A stretch of 64,000 bases of DNA from NCBI GenBank assembly GCA_965199825.1, contig OZ241329.1:2560001-2624000 (forward strand), written 5' to 3'. Positions 38,716 through 50,249 of the stretch are shown one piece after another. The notes beneath the pieces are model-generated. The model was not told where the DNA came from. It made no database searches and worked only from the letters and a program-made list of their open reading frames with translations. Positions within the stretch are counted from its first letter, which is position 1. Every line of letters begins with the position of its first letter. The position numbers and the translations under genes are program-made. This stretch comes from Bdellovibrionales bacterium. GTDB lineage: Bacteria; Bdellovibrionota; Bdellovibrionia; Bdellovibrionales; UBA1609.

Positions 38716-40814
38716 ACTTCTCGGCTTAACAAAGCTTTACGAGAAAGTTTAATACGGCCCGCACGATCGATATCCAAAACTTTAACATCGAGCTCATCGC
38801 CCTCGTTTAAAACATCGGTCACGTTGCGAATGCGGTCATGGGCAATTTCTGAAATATGAAGTAAACCACTATTGTTTGGGAAGATTTCAACAAAGGCACC
38901 AAAGTCGGTGATTTTAACCACTTTGCCTTTATAGACTTTGCCAACTTCGGCTTCAGCACAAATTCCATTGATAATTTCAATGGCGCGTTGAGCCGCCTTA
39001 GGATCGGTCGATGCAATATGGATTGTTCCATCATCTTCGATGTCGATTTTAACACCCGTCTCTTCGATGATACCTTTGATAACTTTTCCGCCTGCACCAA
39101 TAACTTCGCGCACTTTTTCGGGCTTGATCTTGATGGTTTCGATTCTTGGAGCGTACTCAGAGATTTTGCCGCGAGGATCGCGCATCACTTTTTCCATCTC
39201 ACCCAAAATATGATTGCGTCCCACTTGGGCTTGCTGAAGGGCTTGCTCCATCACTTCAAAACTGATCGAGTCAATTTTGATATCCATCTGAAGCGATGTG
39301 ATTCCTTCGCGTGTTCCTGCAACTTTAAAATCCATATCTCCAAGATGATCTTCATCACCTAGAATATCGGAAAGGACCGCAACACGATCGCCTTCTTTGA
39401 TCAAACCCATCGCAATACCCGCCACATTTCCTTTTAACGGAATTCCGGCATCCAGCATCGCAAGTGTTCCTGAGCACACGGTGCCCATCGAACTAGATCC
39501 ATTGCTCTCAAGAACTTCACTTACAATCCGAATTGTGTAGGGGAATTTTTCGTGATCAGGAATGACCGCTTTGAGTGCACGCTCAGCTAAAAATCCGTGA
39601 CCAATTTCACGACGACTTTGTGAGCCCATGCGGCCGGTTTCACCAACACTGAATGGAGGAAAATTATAGTGCAGTAAGAATTGTTTTTTCTCAAACCCAT
39701 GAAGCGAGTCGATCATCTGCTCGTCTTCACCGGTACCGAGAGTCACCGCGCCTAGAACTTGAGTTTCACCACGAGTGAAAAGGCCAGAACCATGAGCACG
39801 TGGAAGCATGGACACTTCGCACCAAATGGGGCGAACATCGGTAAGACCACGACCATCAATGCGGCTCTTCGAATTTAAAACCATCTCCCGGGACAAACGA
39901 TATTTAAGATCTTCAACAATTGTCCCAAGATCTTTCGATTTTTGTTTTTGGGCGTCTTTGTCTTTTTCGGTTGTGACAAATTGAGCTTCAGCTTCTTGCG
40001 ACGCCGCAAGGTAGGCCGAATAGCGCTCCGATTTTTCACGAACCTGCAAAGCTTTTTCAATTTTGCTTTCCAAAAATGATTTTACCGCAGATTCAAAACT
40101 TTCTTCAATTTTAGCTGGAGTAAATTTACGTTTTTGGGGACTGCCCACCATCTCGCGCAATTGATCCTGAATATCAAGCAAAGGCTGAAGGGCTTGGTGA
40201 CCAAATTTTAAGCCTGCCAAAACGTCAGCCTCAGAAACAAACTTGGCCTCACCCTCAACCATCAAGATGCCGTTGCGAGTGCCTGCGATCGTGATATCCA
40301 TATCCGATTTTTGGCGCTCTTCGAGAGTGGGGTTACAAACAAATTGTCCACCAATGCGGCCAACTTGAATGGTTGCGGTTGGACCTTGAAAAGGAATGTC
40401 AGAAATATGAAGAGCACAAGATGCTCCAATCCCTGCCAAACAATCAATGGGGTATTGGCTATCATAAGATAATGTCGTCGCAATTACTTGAGTCTCGAAG
40501 CGATAGCCTTCGGGAAAGCAAGGTCGGATTGGACGATCAATTAACCGTGAGGTCAATGTCGCATTATTTGTTGGACGACCTTCACGCTTAAAGTAGCCCC
40601 CCGGGATTTTTCCGGTGGAGTAAAACTTTTCTTGGTATTCCACAGTGAGTGGAAAAAAATCGAGGGTTGAGGGTTTTCGAGATGAGACTGCGGTGACCAA
40701 AACAATATTGTCTCCACAGCGCACTTGAACCGAACCATCGGCTTGTTTGGCAAGCCATCCAGTTTCGATTGAGATTTTTTTCCCGCCAATCTCTGCGGTA
40801 ACCGTTTGCTTCAT
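38712..40814 (-). CDS. pnp: Polyribonucleotide nucleotidyltransferase
   Basis: [40 protein letters not shown] and S1 domains. Confidence 0.98.
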   Translation of the reverse strand: MKQTVTAEIGGKKISIETGWLAKQADGSVQVRCGDNIVLVTAVSSRKPSTLDFFPLTVEYQEKFYSTGKIPGGYFKREGRPTNNATLTSRLIDRPIRPCFPEGYRFETQVIATTLSYDSQYPIDCLAGIGASCALHISDIPFQGPTATIQVGRIGGQFVCNPTLEERQKSDMDITIAGTRNGILMVEGEAKFVSEADVLAGLKFGHQALQPLLDIQDQLREMVGSPQKRKFTPAKIEESFESAVKSFLESKIEKALQVREKSERYSAYLAASQEAEAQFVTTEKDKDAQKQKSKDLGTIVEDLKYRLSREMVLNSKSRIDGRGLTDVRPIWCEVSMLPRAHGSGLFTRGETQVLGAVTLGTGEDEQMIDSLHGFEKKQFLLHYNFPPFSVGETGRMGSQSRREIGHGFLAERALKAVIPDHEKFPYTIRIVSEVLESNGSSSMGTVCSGTLAMLDAGIPLKGNVAGIAMGLIKEGDRVAVLSDILGDEDHLGDMDFKVAGTREGITSLQMDIKIDSISFEVMEQALQQAQVGRNHILGEMEKVMRDPRGKISEYAPRIETIKIKPEKVREVIGAGGKVIKGIIEETGVKIDIEDDGTIHIASTDPKAAQRAIEIINGICAEAEVGKVYKGKVVKITDFGAFVEIFPNNSGLLHISEIAHDRIRNVTDVLNEGDELDVKVLDIDRAGRIKLSRKALLSREV

Positions 40815-41080
40815 TTGCGGATGCCTAGATCGGCAATAACATAAGCGTATTTTTTAGGATCTTTGCTACGGAGATAATCAAGAAGTTTACGACGTCGGTT
40901 CACCATGCGAACAAGACCGCGACGGGAGTGCACATCATTTTTATTGCGCTTAAAATGTTCGGTTAAATCACGAATATGGGCGGTCAAAATTCCCACCTGA
41001 ACTTCTGAGCTTCCTGTGTCCAACTCTGAACGCTGGAATTTTTTAACGATTTCTTCTTTTTGAGTCTTGAGTACTGCCAT
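40811..41080 (-). CDS. rpsO: 30S ribosomal protein S15
   Basis: [33 protein letters not shown]. Confidence 0.98.
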   Translation of the reverse strand: MAVLKTQKEEIVKKFQRSELDTGSSEVQVGILTAHIRDLTEHFKRNKNDVHSRRGLVRMVNRRRKLLDYLRSKDPKKYAYVIADLGIRK

Positions 41081-41187
41081 TGTTAACCTCCGAAAAATAT
41101 TAAACCCTCACCGTAACGTCTGGCTGTCGCTACTGAGAGCAGAATGAACTTTTACACTTTTGAAAATCGAAATGGCAAGTCTGGAGG

Positions 41188-42138
41188 CTAGTTGAGTTGC
41201 AAAAACACTCGTCGCACCTTGATCCCACGCAAATTGGCCTCAAGAATGGCTAAAAGCTCGCCCTCTTCACTTAAAGCTTTGAGATAAACAGAAGTCTCAT
41301 TGGCCTCGCGCATTTGGGGCAAAAGCCTCTGGGCCATCGAGCGCGCCACCTGCCCGTTACGCAACAAACGCTCTTCTTGATTCAGAACCAAGACGGGTTG
41401 CACCTGAGGCAACGCCTCCGACAAAGGAAAAAATCCTTTGCCACTCTGCTTGAGCCACTGCAAAAAATCTTCTGGGTTTTCGCTTTGTTTTTGTTGAAGA
41501 CTCTCGAGATCAACCGCTTGCTCGATCGAAAAAGGCTCCGAACGCAATCTTCGTAATTGGTCTACCACCGCACCACAGCCCAAATCTTTGCCGATTTGAT
41601 CAACCCACGTGCGAATATAGCTTCCCTTTGTGCAACTGATTTCGACTTCGGCAAAATCATCACCCAATTCGACAATTTTTAAATCAAAAAAACTCATCTC
41701 GCGTTGGGGAATTTCGACCGGCTTATCACCACGAGCATACTCATACAGTTTTTGTCCTTGGACTTTCACCGCTGAATAGCGTGGAACGCTCCAACAAAAA
41801 GTTCCAAGATGATTTTGCAGACTCTGGGTTAAGGACGGCTCAGAAAATTGGGGTTTGTTTTCGGTCAGAGTTTGCCCAGTTCGATCAAGGGTATCAGAGG
41901 TCAAACCAAATTGCATGCGTGTGAGATAGCGTTTGTTTTCGCACAAAATATAATCTGAAAGCTTTGTGGCTTCGCCCACCAATAGCACCAAAAGGCCTGA
42001 AGCCAACGGATCAAGAGTTCCTGAGTGACCAATACTTTTTATATTTAATAGTTTTCGGGCGCGATGAACCACATCGTGGCTCGTACAGTCTTTTGGTTTA
42101 TCGACTAACAGCAAACCATGAAGATCACCGGGTAACAA
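41188..42138 (-). CDS. truB: tRNA pseudouridine(55) synthase TruB
   Basis: DKP...TSHDVV, GHSGTLDPLASG, YSAVKVQG, CTKGSYIRT. Confidence 0.96.
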   Translation of the reverse strand: MLPGDLHGLLLVDKPKDCTSHDVVHRARKLLNIKSIGHSGTLDPLASGLLVLLVGEATKLSDYILCENKRYLTRMQFGLTSDTLDRTGQTLTENKPQFSEPSLTQSLQNHLGTFCWSVPRYSAVKVQGQKLYEYARGDKPVEIPQREMSFFDLKIVELGDDFAEVEISCTKGSYIRTWVDQIGKDLGCGAVVDQLRRLRSEPFSIEQAVDLESLQQKQSENPEDFLQWLKQSGKGFFPLSEALPQVQPVLVLNQEERLLRNGQVARSMAQRLLPQMREANETSVYLKALSEEGELLAILEANLRGIKVRRVFLQLN

Positions 42139-42439
42139 ATTCTGTTCCTTGGCTCACAAAAAATTTGAGTTTGGGCGAGAATTTCATGGTCAGTTGCTTT
42201 GCCACTTGGTGCTGGGCTTCGGGTCGCAAATCCTCGAGCGCATCAACAAATTCTTCGCGATCTTCTTCACGACCCAAAAATGAAAGATAAATTTTGGCTT
42301 GGCGCAAATCTCCACTCACCGACACTTCGGCGATCGATACCACTCCAGGATATCGACCACGCCCTTCGCGCAAAAAATAAGTCGAGACCAAATGCTTAAT
42401 TTCTTTTTCAACTCGTTGAGCGCGTCGACCTGTTTCCAT
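42125..42439 (-). CDS. rbfA: Ribosome-binding factor A
   Basis: RRAQRV, VSVSGDLRQAKIY, PKLKF; lies between infB and truB. Confidence 0.92.
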   Translation of the reverse strand: METGRRAQRVEKEIKHLVSTYFLREGRGRYPGVVSIAEVSVSGDLRQAKIYLSFLGREEDREEFVDALEDLRPEAQHQVAKQLTMKFSPKLKFFVSQGTEFVTR

Positions 42440-45105
42440 TAGAGTGCTCGTGCTACTTGCTCTTTGATAAAAGCCTCGATGACATCATTTGGCTTCAAAT
42501 CATTATAATTTTCGATTCCGATACCGCACTCAAATCCTTGAGCCACTTCTTTTGCATCGTCTTTGAAACGTTTAAGACTTGAGATTTTGCCTTCGGTAAT
42601 GATTTTTCCATCGCGAATCAAACGAACACTCGCATTGCGCGCGATTTTCCCGTCGACCACGGCACAGCCACCGATAGTTCCAATTTTTGGTACAACAAAA
42701 ATATTTCGAACCTCGGCGCGACCAAGAATTTTTTCGACAAACTCTGGAGCTAAAAGACCGGTGAGGGCTTTTTTAAGATCATCCTGCATTTCGTAAATAA
42801 TCGAATAGGTTTTGACCTCAATGCCTTTTTCTTTTGCCATCCGCTGAGCACCTGCATCGGGGCGCACATTGAACCCAAGAATTAAACCATTACTGGTGTT
42901 GGCCAAAAGCACGTCGCTTTCAGAAATTCCACCCACTGCAGTATGAACAAGTTTAATTTTAACTTCTTGGTTGCCCATCTTTTCGAGCACCGCTTTGATC
43001 GCCTCAAGTGATCCTGCGACGTCGGCTTTTAACACCACGTTAAGTTCACGCACATCGCCCGCTTTGACCTTTGAAAAGATCTGCTCAAGACTCATTTTTT
43101 GATTTGGAGTCGTCGACTGCTGCAAATGAAGACTTCGTCGATCGGCCGCAAGCTTTCTTGCAATCTCATCATTTTCGCAGATATCAAATCGATCGCCGGC
43201 TTGGGGAACTTCTTCGAGTCCCATCACTTCCACAGGATAACCGGGCAACACTTGATTGACCGATTCATCACGGTCGTTTCGCATCGAGCGAATACGTCCA
43301 GGGACCATACCTGCAACAATGGGTTGACTGACATTGAGGGTTCCATCTTTGACCAAAACCGTGGCGACAGGACCGCGTCCTTTTTCCATTCGGCTCTCAA
43401 TGACAATCCCCCATGCACTGCGTGCCGGATTGGCTTTGAGATCGAGCACTTCACTGAGCAAAAGAATTTGTTCTAACAGTGTGTCGATACCGGTTTTTTG
43501 TACGGCTGAAACGCCCACAAAAATCTGACTTCCTCCCCACTCTTCGGGAACAATTTCATATTCGGTCAGCTGTTGTTTGATACGGTCCATATTCGCATTA
43601 GGTCTATCAATTTTGTTTACAGCAATAATCATTGGAACATTTGCGGCTTTGGCATGATTGATCGCCTCAACCGTTTGCGGCATTACACCATCATCAGCGG
43701 CAACAACAATGATCGCAATATCAGTAACGTTTGCCCCGCGCGCCCGCATGGCGGTGAAGGCTTCGTGTCCTGGAGTATCAAGAAATGTCACAACCTGGCC
43801 GTCGCCCACTTTTACTGAGTAAGCACCAATATGTTGAGTGATTCCACCTGCTTCTCCTGAAGCGACATCGGCTTTACGGATCGCATCGAGTAAACTGGTT
43901 TTACCATGATCGACGTGACCCATCACTGTCACCACAGGAGGACGCGTAATCAATTCGGCTGTTAAATCACCAAAGGCCACACTGCTGATCATGTCTTCGG
44001 CGGATTGATGAAGTGTTTGGGCTTCGAATTTAAATTCAGGAGCAATTAAAGCCACTGTATCAAAATCAAGGTCCGAATTCATGTTGGCCATCACGCCATT
44101 GGCCATTAATTTTTTTGTCAACTCAGGAACTTTGATGCCCAGTTGAGCCGCAAGTTCTGAAACTTTAATACTCTCATACATTTTAACAATGCGTTTATGT
44201 GCTGCAGGCGTGGTGATCAGAGTTTTTCTGACTTCGTTTCGACCCGACATCACCTTTTTCTTTTTGGGCTGAAAAATCACTTCGCGTTTACGAAATTCGG
44301 TGGCCGAGAAATGTTTGACCTCGGTCTCGCGCGGACCTGCGTTTTTCTTTTTGGCAATCTCGGCTTCGGTTTCGGTAAAATTCACGGTAGGAGCCGAGAA
44401 AAATCCGGTGCGGATATTTCGTTGAGTATTTCGCAGTGGCCGTGCTGCAGCTCCTGCTGCACCCCCAGCTGCACCCGTTGATGGAGAAGTTGTCCCACCC
44501 TGATTTTGTTGAGGAGTCTGGGGTGTTCGGGTGACCCGCTTTAAATCCATGCGGCCAATAATATTTCTTCTTACAGGCAAAACACGCTGAGGGACTGCAG
44601 GCGCCGCAGGCTGTGACGTTACCGCTTGAGCCTCATGGTTAGGACTTGCGACTGTATGTTCTTGTTCCGCGGCCTGAGGTTTGAGAGCTGCCATAGCAGC
44701 TTCTTCGGCCTCGGCTGCCGCAGCGGCGGCGGCTGCAAGCTCGGCCTCGCGCTCGAGCGCGCCGGCTTTACGGCGAATCACGCCGGTGGTTTTTTTGGCG
44801 TTTTCTGCTGCTAACGCATCAACGGCGGCGGTTTCTTTTTTAACCACTTTCTTTTTGGTAACAGGTGGTTTTTCGGCCGCCGGTTTTGGTTTGATCGTGG
44901 CAACTTTTTTGGTTACCGCTCGTTTTGTTCGCTCGCGCGAACCCGACTCTGCGCTAAGACGCGAACGGATTTCGGTGATCTGTTCAGGATCAAGTGTTGC
45001 CATGTGGCTTTTGATTGGCAGCTTCCACTCACGGATTTTATCCATCAGAGTTAAAGTTTCGATGCCCACTTCTTTTGCAAATTCATAAACCTTTTGTTGG
45101 TTCAA
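42439..45105 (-). CDS. infB: Translation initiation factor IF-2
   Basis: [48 protein letters not shown]. Confidence 0.98.
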   Translation of the reverse strand: MNQQKVYEFAKEVGIETLTLMDKIREWKLPIKSHMATLDPEQITEIRSRLSAESGSRERTKRAVTKKVATIKPKPAAEKPPVTKKKVVKKETAAVDALAAENAKKTTGVIRRKAGALEREAELAAAAAAAAEAEEAAMAALKPQAAEQEHTVASPNHEAQAVTSQPAAPAVPQRVLPVRRNIIGRMDLKRVTRTPQTPQQNQGGTTSPSTGAAGGAAGAAARPLRNTQRNIRTGFFSAPTVNFTETEAEIAKKKNAGPRETEVKHFSATEFRKREVIFQPKKKKVMSGRNEVRKTLITTPAAHKRIVKMYESIKVSELAAQLGIKVPELTKKLMANGVMANMNSDLDFDTVALIAPEFKFEAQTLHQSAEDMISSVAFGDLTAELITRPPVVTVMGHVDHGKTSLLDAIRKADVASGEAGGITQHIGAYSVKVGDGQVVTFLDTPGHEAFTAMRARGANVTDIAIIVVAADDGVMPQTVEAINHAKAANVPMIIAVNKIDRPNANMDRIKQQLTEYEIVPEEWGGSQIFVGVSAVQKTGIDTLLEQILLLSEVLDLKANPARSAWGIVIESRMEKGRGPVATVLVKDGTLNVSQPIVAGMVPGRIRSMRNDRDESVNQVLPGYPVEVMGLEEVPQAGDRFDICENDEIARKLAADRRSLHLQQSTTPNQKMSLEQIFSKVKAGDVRELNVVLKADVAGSLEAIKAVLEKMGNQEVKIKLVHTAVGGISESDVLLANTSNGLILGFNVRPDAGAQRMAKEKGIEVKTYSIIYEMQDDLKKALTGLLAPEFVEKILGRAEVRNIFVVPKIGTIGGCAVVDGKIARNASVRLIRDGKIITEGKISSLKRFKDDAKEVAQGFECGIGIENYNDLKPNDVIEAFIKEQVARAL

Positions 45106-46527
45106 TTAGCTCTCCTCACTATCAACTTTCGCGTCGGCCTCAGATTTTGCTTTTAACTGCGCCATTTCTTCTTTGAGTCTCTGATCCGCTTGAGTTTTGG
45201 CGTCATCACTGCGGTGCTCGGTGCCTGCTCGAGCCGACACTGTCGGTACGGGCTTGCCTTCTTTTTTGTATTGATCGACAAGATTTTTGGCTTCGTCGAT
45301 TAATTTTTGGCCCTTTTCATCGGCTTCGTATCCAGGAATTTCCATCACATCCTCAAGCCGAGCTTGAGCCAATGCTTGAAAGGAATTGAAACCCGATTGG
45401 TAAATATTTTGGGCCATGGTTTCGTTCATACCAGGAATCAACATCAAATTGAATATGGCCTCGGCATTTTTAGCAGAGGATGCTGACTCCGACATAATAT
45501 CGAGCCGCCATGTGGAAAGTTTTGCTGCAAGCTTCACGTTTTGGCCGCGCTTCCCAATCGCAAGACTTAATTGATGATCAGGAACCACAATTTCCATTGC
45601 GTGATTGTTGTCGTCCATAAACACCTTTGAGATTTCGGCGGGTGCTAAGGCATTACAAACAAAACGTGCGGGGTCATCATCCCAATTCACAATATCTATT
45701 TTCTCGCCGCGGAGTTCTTGAACAATATTTTGAACCCGCGAGCCCTTCATTCCCACACACGCGCCCACGGGATCAACCGCGGCATCTTTGGAACGAACCG
45801 CAATCTTTGCTCTCTGACCTGGCTCACGAGCGGCGGTCACAATTTCAACAATTCCATCATAGATTTCTGGAACCTCAATTTCAAAAAGTTTCATCAGATA
45901 GCGCTCATCTGCTCGCGACATAATGATTTGGGGGCCGCGAGTCGTCTGACGAACATCACAAATATAACCTTGGAGACGATCACCCGGTTTGTATTGCTCG
46001 CCAGGAATTTGTTCGCGTGGAGGAATATAAGCTTCGGTGCGACCAAGATCGACAACGATGGCACCCCGTTCAACTCGTCGGGCAATTCCAGAGGCGATCT
46101 CGCCTTTACGACTTTCAAATTCGGCAAAAATAATATCGCGTTCGGCATCGCGTACGCGCTGGGTGATAATTTGTTTTGCGGTTTGGGCGGCAATGCGTCC
46201 CAAATCTTTGGTTTGAAGTTTTGATCCGATCGAATCGTGAAGCTGAGCTTCAGGATCTAAAACCAAAGCTTCGGAATGTTTGATTTCAATTTCTTCGTCG
46301 ATAAAATCTTCGTCTGGAACAACTTCTTTAAATTCGTAGAGTTCAACTTCACCAGACTCTTCGTTATATTGAGCTTCGATTTCGCGGTAAGTCCCGTATT
46401 TTTTTCGCGCAGCAATCAACATTCCTTGAATCACGGCGTCGATCACCACTTGTTTTTCGATACCCTTATCTTTACCAACTTGCTCGATCATTCGACTTAA
46501 ATCAGAAAACACATTTTCGGTTGCCAT
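45106..46527 (-). CDS. nusA: Transcription termination/antitermination factor NusA
   Basis: GRIAAQTAKQ, S1 and KH domains, DPVGACVGMKGSRV, AIGKRGQNV. Confidence 0.98.
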   Translation of the reverse strand: MATENVFSDLSRMIEQVGKDKGIEKQVVIDAVIQGMLIAARKKYGTYREIEAQYNEESGEVELYEFKEVVPDEDFIDEEIEIKHSEALVLDPEAQLHDSIGSKLQTKDLGRIAAQTAKQIITQRVRDAERDIIFAEFESRKGEIASGIARRVERGAIVVDLGRTEAYIPPREQIPGEQYKPGDRLQGYICDVRQTTRGPQIIMSRADERYLMKLFEIEVPEIYDGIVEIVTAAREPGQRAKIAVRSKDAAVDPVGACVGMKGSRVQNIVQELRGEKIDIVNWDDDPARFVCNALAPAEISKVFMDDNNHAMEIVVPDHQLSLAIGKRGQNVKLAAKLSTWRLDIMSESASSAKNAEAIFNLMLIPGMNETMAQNIYQSGFNSFQALAQARLEDVMEIPGYEADEKGQKLIDEAKNLVDQYKKEGKPVPTVSARAGTEHRSDDAKTQADQRLKEEMAQLKAKSEADAKVDSEES

Positions 46528-46529
46528 AG

Positions 46530-47033
46530 TTACCTCTTTTTCCCAGATTCAGGGCGAAACACGAGTTGTCCCCGCATAATTTCGGGCCAAGCAATGCGGC
46601 ACGATTTTTCGCCATCCTGAAGTTCAATTTCAGTTTCACCAACAGATTTAAGTTCACCTTCAACAGTTTTAAGAGCAGCACCAATTTCTGATTCACCCTT
46701 GTGCCATTTTTTTTCGCCAATCAACTTGATTCGCACGCGTCGACTCAAGGCTTTTTTGTAATGCCAATGCTGACTCAGTTTGCGCTCAAGCCCAGGGCTT
46801 GAAACTTCGAGCTCGTAATTGCCCGGAATTAAATCTTCCACATCTAAAAGTAAATTGAGGGAACGTGAATATTGGGCGCAATCTTCAACACTGACCTGAC
46901 CCACTTCGCGGTCGATCAGGACACGCAAAGTTCTTCCACCTTGTTCGAGATCGTATAATAAAAGACCATGTTGCACGGCCACTTCATCAGCCAATTGCCG
47001 CAGTTTTAACGTAATTTCTTGATTTAAATCCAC
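46530..47033 (-). CDS. rimP: Ribosome maturation factor RimP
   Basis: LRVLID, VSVEDC, YELEVSSPGLER. Confidence 0.95.
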   Translation of the reverse strand: MDLNQEITLKLRQLADEVAVQHGLLLYDLEQGGRTLRVLIDREVGQVSVEDCAQYSRSLNLLLDVEDLIPGNYELEVSSPGLERKLSQHWHYKKALSRRVRIKLIGEKKWHKGESEIGAALKTVEGELKSVGETEIELQDGEKSCRIAWPEIMRGQLVFRPESGKKR

Positions 47034-47055
47034 TTCGCCTCGAGTTAGAAAGACA

Positions 47056-47083
47056 CAAAAAAAGAGGGCTTTTACGCCCTCTT
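47056..47083 (-). terminator. Hairpin plus U-tract in the rimP-nusA leader (terminator/attenuator)
   Basis: Minus strand AAGAGGGC-gtaaaa-GCCCTCTT followed by a T run, just upstream of rimP. Confidence 0.7.
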
Positions 47084-47129
47084 ACGACTTGGTGAGTAAC
47101 AAAAATTCGCTTTGAAGGCAAATGGTTCT

Positions 47130-47567
47130 CTACTTTTCGAGAGAGTAAAGTAAAGCGGTGCCGCCATCGCGGTAGTAGGTGGTGCGCTTTCCCTGTAGGC
47201 GAAAGCCCATCGCCTCATAAAGCTGCACCGCGGCCGCATTCTTTTCATGAACCTCAAGCCAAATGCGTTGCTGAGGCATTGTGGCAAAAACATGATCGAG
47301 CAGACGCCGCATGATTCCCTGTCGCTGAAATTTTAAGGCCGTCGCAAGAACGGTGATGTCCAAAACATCCTGAAGCCGGCGGTAAATCAAAAAGGCCTTG
47401 ATGTCATTTGGTGACTCAAACAGTGCAAAACCTTCCCCCTCCGCTAAGGCTTCTAACAACAGGGGTACTGTCCATCCACCCCCAATAGGAAAGGGGTGGT
47501 TACTGTAGACCTCATCCAAAATGACTTTTAAATCTGGAATATGCGAACGATCAATTGGCTTAAACAT
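47130..47567 (-). CDS. RimI-like GNAT acetyltransferase
   Basis: QRQG acetyl-CoA motif, LEVHEKN.AA..LY...GF, R..YY.DG; start at ATG 47567. Confidence 0.85.
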   Translation of the reverse strand: MFKPIDRSHIPDLKVILDEVYSNHPFPIGGGWTVPLLLEALAEGEGFALFESPNDIKAFLIYRRLQDVLDITVLATALKFQRQGIMRRLLDHVFATMPQQRIWLEVHEKNAAAVQLYEAMGFRLQGKRTTYYRDGGTALLYSLEK

Positions 47568-47568
47568 T

Positions 47569-48144
47569 TTAGGTAAAATTCTTGATGGCGTATTTAACTT
47601 GAAGGCTTTCAAGCCACTCGCGCACCCGGCTCTCAACTTGGGTTTTGATCAAAAAAGTTCGGATGTTCGCTTTGAAAGAGTCAAAGCTCGCGCTACCAAA
47701 TTTAATCCGATTTTGTTCAAAATAATTTTGAACCTCAGCATCTGAAATCACGGTTGCCGATGATTTCATTTTAAAATTCATCAAATTTTGGGCACGTAAA
47801 AAAACCTCGGCTGATTTTTGAATTTCGCGATCTGAAAAATTAAGAGTCTTCATAGTTTCGGACTGCCTGATTTTGGATTGCAAAATCTGCCTTGCACTTG
47901 AAAGCTCTTTTTCGGGGATCATATCCAGATGGTAATTTTCGGCCTCAAGATAAAGGGCATAATCGGTAATCACAGCTAAGGCTTGAGAATTTGAAATCTC
48001 CAATGATGGAGCTTCTTTTTGAAGAAACATTTGGTGGAGATGGGCTTCTCGACTGGTGAGCACATGGTCTTTGACTTGACCAATCGTTGTTGAAAACACA
48101 AACGCGAGTGCACTTTGAGAAAATAAAATTAACAGTATGTTCAC
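47569..48144 (-). CDS. Exported SurA N-terminal-domain-like chaperone
   Basis: Signal peptide, V.DHVLTSRE, ISDAEVQNYFEQN, WLESL..KY. Confidence 0.55.
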   Translation of the reverse strand: MNILLILFSQSALAFVFSTTIGQVKDHVLTSREAHLHQMFLQKEAPSLEISNSQALAVITDYALYLEAENYHLDMIPEKELSSARQILQSKIRQSETMKTLNFSDREIQKSAEVFLRAQNLMNFKMKSSATVISDAEVQNYFEQNRIKFGSASFDSFKANIRTFLIKTQVESRVREWLESLQVKYAIKNFT

Positions 48145-48204
48145 AGCACTGAAGAGTAAAAGAAAAAGCTAGAACCATCAAGGTCCTAGCTTTTAATATC
48201 TTAT

Positions 48205-49236
48205 TTAGAAGTAGTATTTTCCGGTCAAAAGCACAGTCCAATAGCCCGCTTTTTCTAGAGGCTTAACCGCTCCGTAACCGTAGTACGCATTGTTGCCATC
48301 GATAAATGTACTATTCGAAATAGCAAACACGTTAGCCATGTATCGAGCGTCAATTCCTACCGACATCTCTTCGGTCAATGTGGCATCAGCACCAAACGAC
48401 ACACCTAAATCAAAAGCATTCGAAGAGGTGCTTGAATCCAGCGACGATCCACCAATTTTTGAGGTGTAATCACGTTTTGTGTACTGGGCAACACCACCAA
48501 TAAAGGGATGAAACCAACGATGATTGCGCAGCATTTGGTATTTTGCAGCCATCGAAAATCCGTACTGATCCACGTTTTGGTAAGCAGGTGCAGTGTAATA
48601 ATCATTCAAATAATAATTGCTGAACAAAAATGTTCCTTCGAGGATCAAACCATTTTTGTAGAGTTGACCGATCGAAAATCCACCAGCAAAATTTCCTTGA
48701 ACATTAGAAACTCCAGAGTAGCTCGAAGTTCCCAAAAGGGCTCCAACATACCAACGTCCAAAACCATCGTCATCTTCGCGCTCTTCGCGTTTGACTTCTT
48801 TTGGCTCAGGCTTTGGCGGAACAAACTCAGTGGGTTGAACCACGATCACTTGGGGTGGCAATGGAGCTGGGGCTACAGGCGGTGGTGGCGGAGGGAGTGG
48901 AGCCGGAGCTTTTATTTCCTCTTTAATCACTTCTTTTTTAACCACAACTTCAGGCTCTTCTAAACGATTGCCAAACAGGCGATCTGCCCGCTTTTTTTCA
49001 TCCTGAAGACGTGACTCTTCAAGTTTTTCGACAATTCTTTGTTCGGTCGAGACTTCCGCATGCTCACGCGCTTTGCGAAGGTTGCTCGCGCGTGAATCCT
49101 CAAGCGGTGCGGCCTCGACGTTTGTCGCTGGCTGGGCACTTCGCCGAAGTGTAGAGTCGTCATATTGGGCTTTTGCCGTGATCGAAAAAGCAAGTAGGCC
49201 AACGGCAATTGGCAGTGAGACAGTCTTTGTCTTCAT
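48205..49236 (-). CDS. Outer membrane beta-barrel protein with N-terminal coiled-coil and Pro-rich linker
   Basis: Signal peptide, charged helix, poly-Pro tract, OmpA/OmpW-like strands, terminal GKYYF; GAGGGA SD before ATG 49236. Confidence 0.8.
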   Translation of the reverse strand: MKTKTVSLPIAVGLLAFSITAKAQYDDSTLRRSAQPATNVEAAPLEDSRASNLRKAREHAEVSTEQRIVEKLEESRLQDEKKRADRLFGNRLEEPEVVVKKEVIKEEIKAPAPLPPPPPPVAPAPLPPQVIVVQPTEFVPPKPEPKEVKREEREDDDGFGRWYVGALLGTSSYSGVSNVQGNFAGGFSIGQLYKNGLILEGTFLFSNYYLNDYYTAPAYQNVDQYGFSMAAKYQMLRNHRWFHPFIGGVAQYTKRDYTSKIGGSSLDSSTSSNAFDLGVSFGADATLTEEMSVGIDARYMANVFAISNSTFIDGNNAYYGYGAVKPLEKAGYWTVLLTGKYYF

Positions 49237-49287
49237 AATAAACATTCCCTCATGGTCTGTTAGGTTCAAAATTTCAATATTTGGTAG

Positions 49288-49303
49288 AGCAACCCCTATG
49301 CCG
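49288..49303 (-). promoter_or_regulatory. Putative sigma54 (-24/-12) promoter of the OMP gene
   Basis: CGGCAT-AGGGG-TTGCT with exact GG-N10-GC spacing. Confidence 0.55.
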
Positions 49304-49414
49304 CTTCCAATCTCCTTTAATGTTAGTTGAAAAGGGCTATTGTGCGCAATAGGCAAACATTGCCTGAAAAAACTTCTTGATGGTGACGCAATTCGTGATT
49401 AGGCATAGGCCATT

Positions 49415-49498
49415 GGCCTCGTGGTGGAATTGGTAGACGCGCTGGACTCAAAATCCAGTGTCCGCAAGGACGTGTCAGTTCGATTCTGACCGAGGCCA
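49415..49498 (+). tRNA. tRNA-Leu(CAA); CCA end not encoded
   Basis: Acceptor stem GGCCTCG/CGAGGCC, anticodon arm CTGGA-CTCAAAA-TCCAG, long variable arm, T-arm GTCAG-TTCGATT-CTGAC. Confidence 0.96.
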
Positions 49499-49554
49499 TT
49501 ATCTTTAGCCCCTCTTTTGAATCCTGACTTGCCCTACTCAAACTCGTCTTTAGC

Positions 49555-50034
49555 CTATCTAGTCGACGAAGGTGCACCCAAGCTCATCCAAGCTGAAGAA
49601 GGATCGTTTGACTGGCTTGAAGGCGCCACAAAACAAACATAAGTCATAGCCAAGATGCACGCCGCAACAGCTAGCGGCAATACATGCGGACTTTTTGAGG
49701 CAACCAAAGTTTTTTTCGCACCATACTTTATAAGACTGGCTGCAAGATCCTCGTCATTTTGTGACAACAAGGGATCAAACCGAAACTCAACACCTTTTGA
49801 TTTAAGAAGAGCCATTTGCTGCCTTACTTGGCGCAAACTTTCTTTGCTTGAATTGCCATCATTGTAGTTTGCCGCAAATCCATCGAGGGCTGCTTGAAAT
49901 CCCTCAAGCGAGGGCTGATTGGAAGGTTGAACCGCATCGATAGTTATCGGTTTATCGCTACCCGCTGCTGTTGCTCTTGCGAACGTGGGAGCAAGAAATA
50001 AAAAAACAAGAAGAAAGGGCTTAAGTTGTTTCAT
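49555..50034 (-). CDS. Hypothetical exported protein with C-terminal hydrophobic helix
   Basis: Signal peptide (ARA cleavage site), 159 aa. Confidence 0.7.
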   Translation of the reverse strand: MKQLKPFLLVFLFLAPTFARATAAGSDKPITIDAVQPSNQPSLEGFQAALDGFAANYNDGNSSKESLRQVRQQMALLKSKGVEFRFDPLLSQNDEDLAASLIKYGAKKTLVASKSPHVLPLAVAACILAMTYVCFVAPSSQSNDPSSAWMSLGAPSSTR

Positions 50035-50249
50035 ACGGTTTTAAATAGCAAATGTTGTGCAGACTCTTTTCAATCCTAAGGCGAGTTTGCTGTTGAAAAC
50101 ATAAACGCACGTTTGATTTACGATACATCTCTCATTATGAGACGCCATTTATTTTTGCGAACGATGGTAGTTGGTGACTCAAGCTTAAAAAAATAAAATT
50201 TGTGTTATCTCAAAAAGAGATTCACACTGATCAGCAAACGGAGGATCCC

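Noticed and set aside
44681..45088. Ala/Ser-rich plus-strand ORF and the many other short antisense ORFs
   Set aside because: Shadow frames of well-supported genes (here the low-complexity infB N-terminus).
49323..49577. 84-aa minus-strand ORF
   Set aside because: Antisense to tRNA-Leu.
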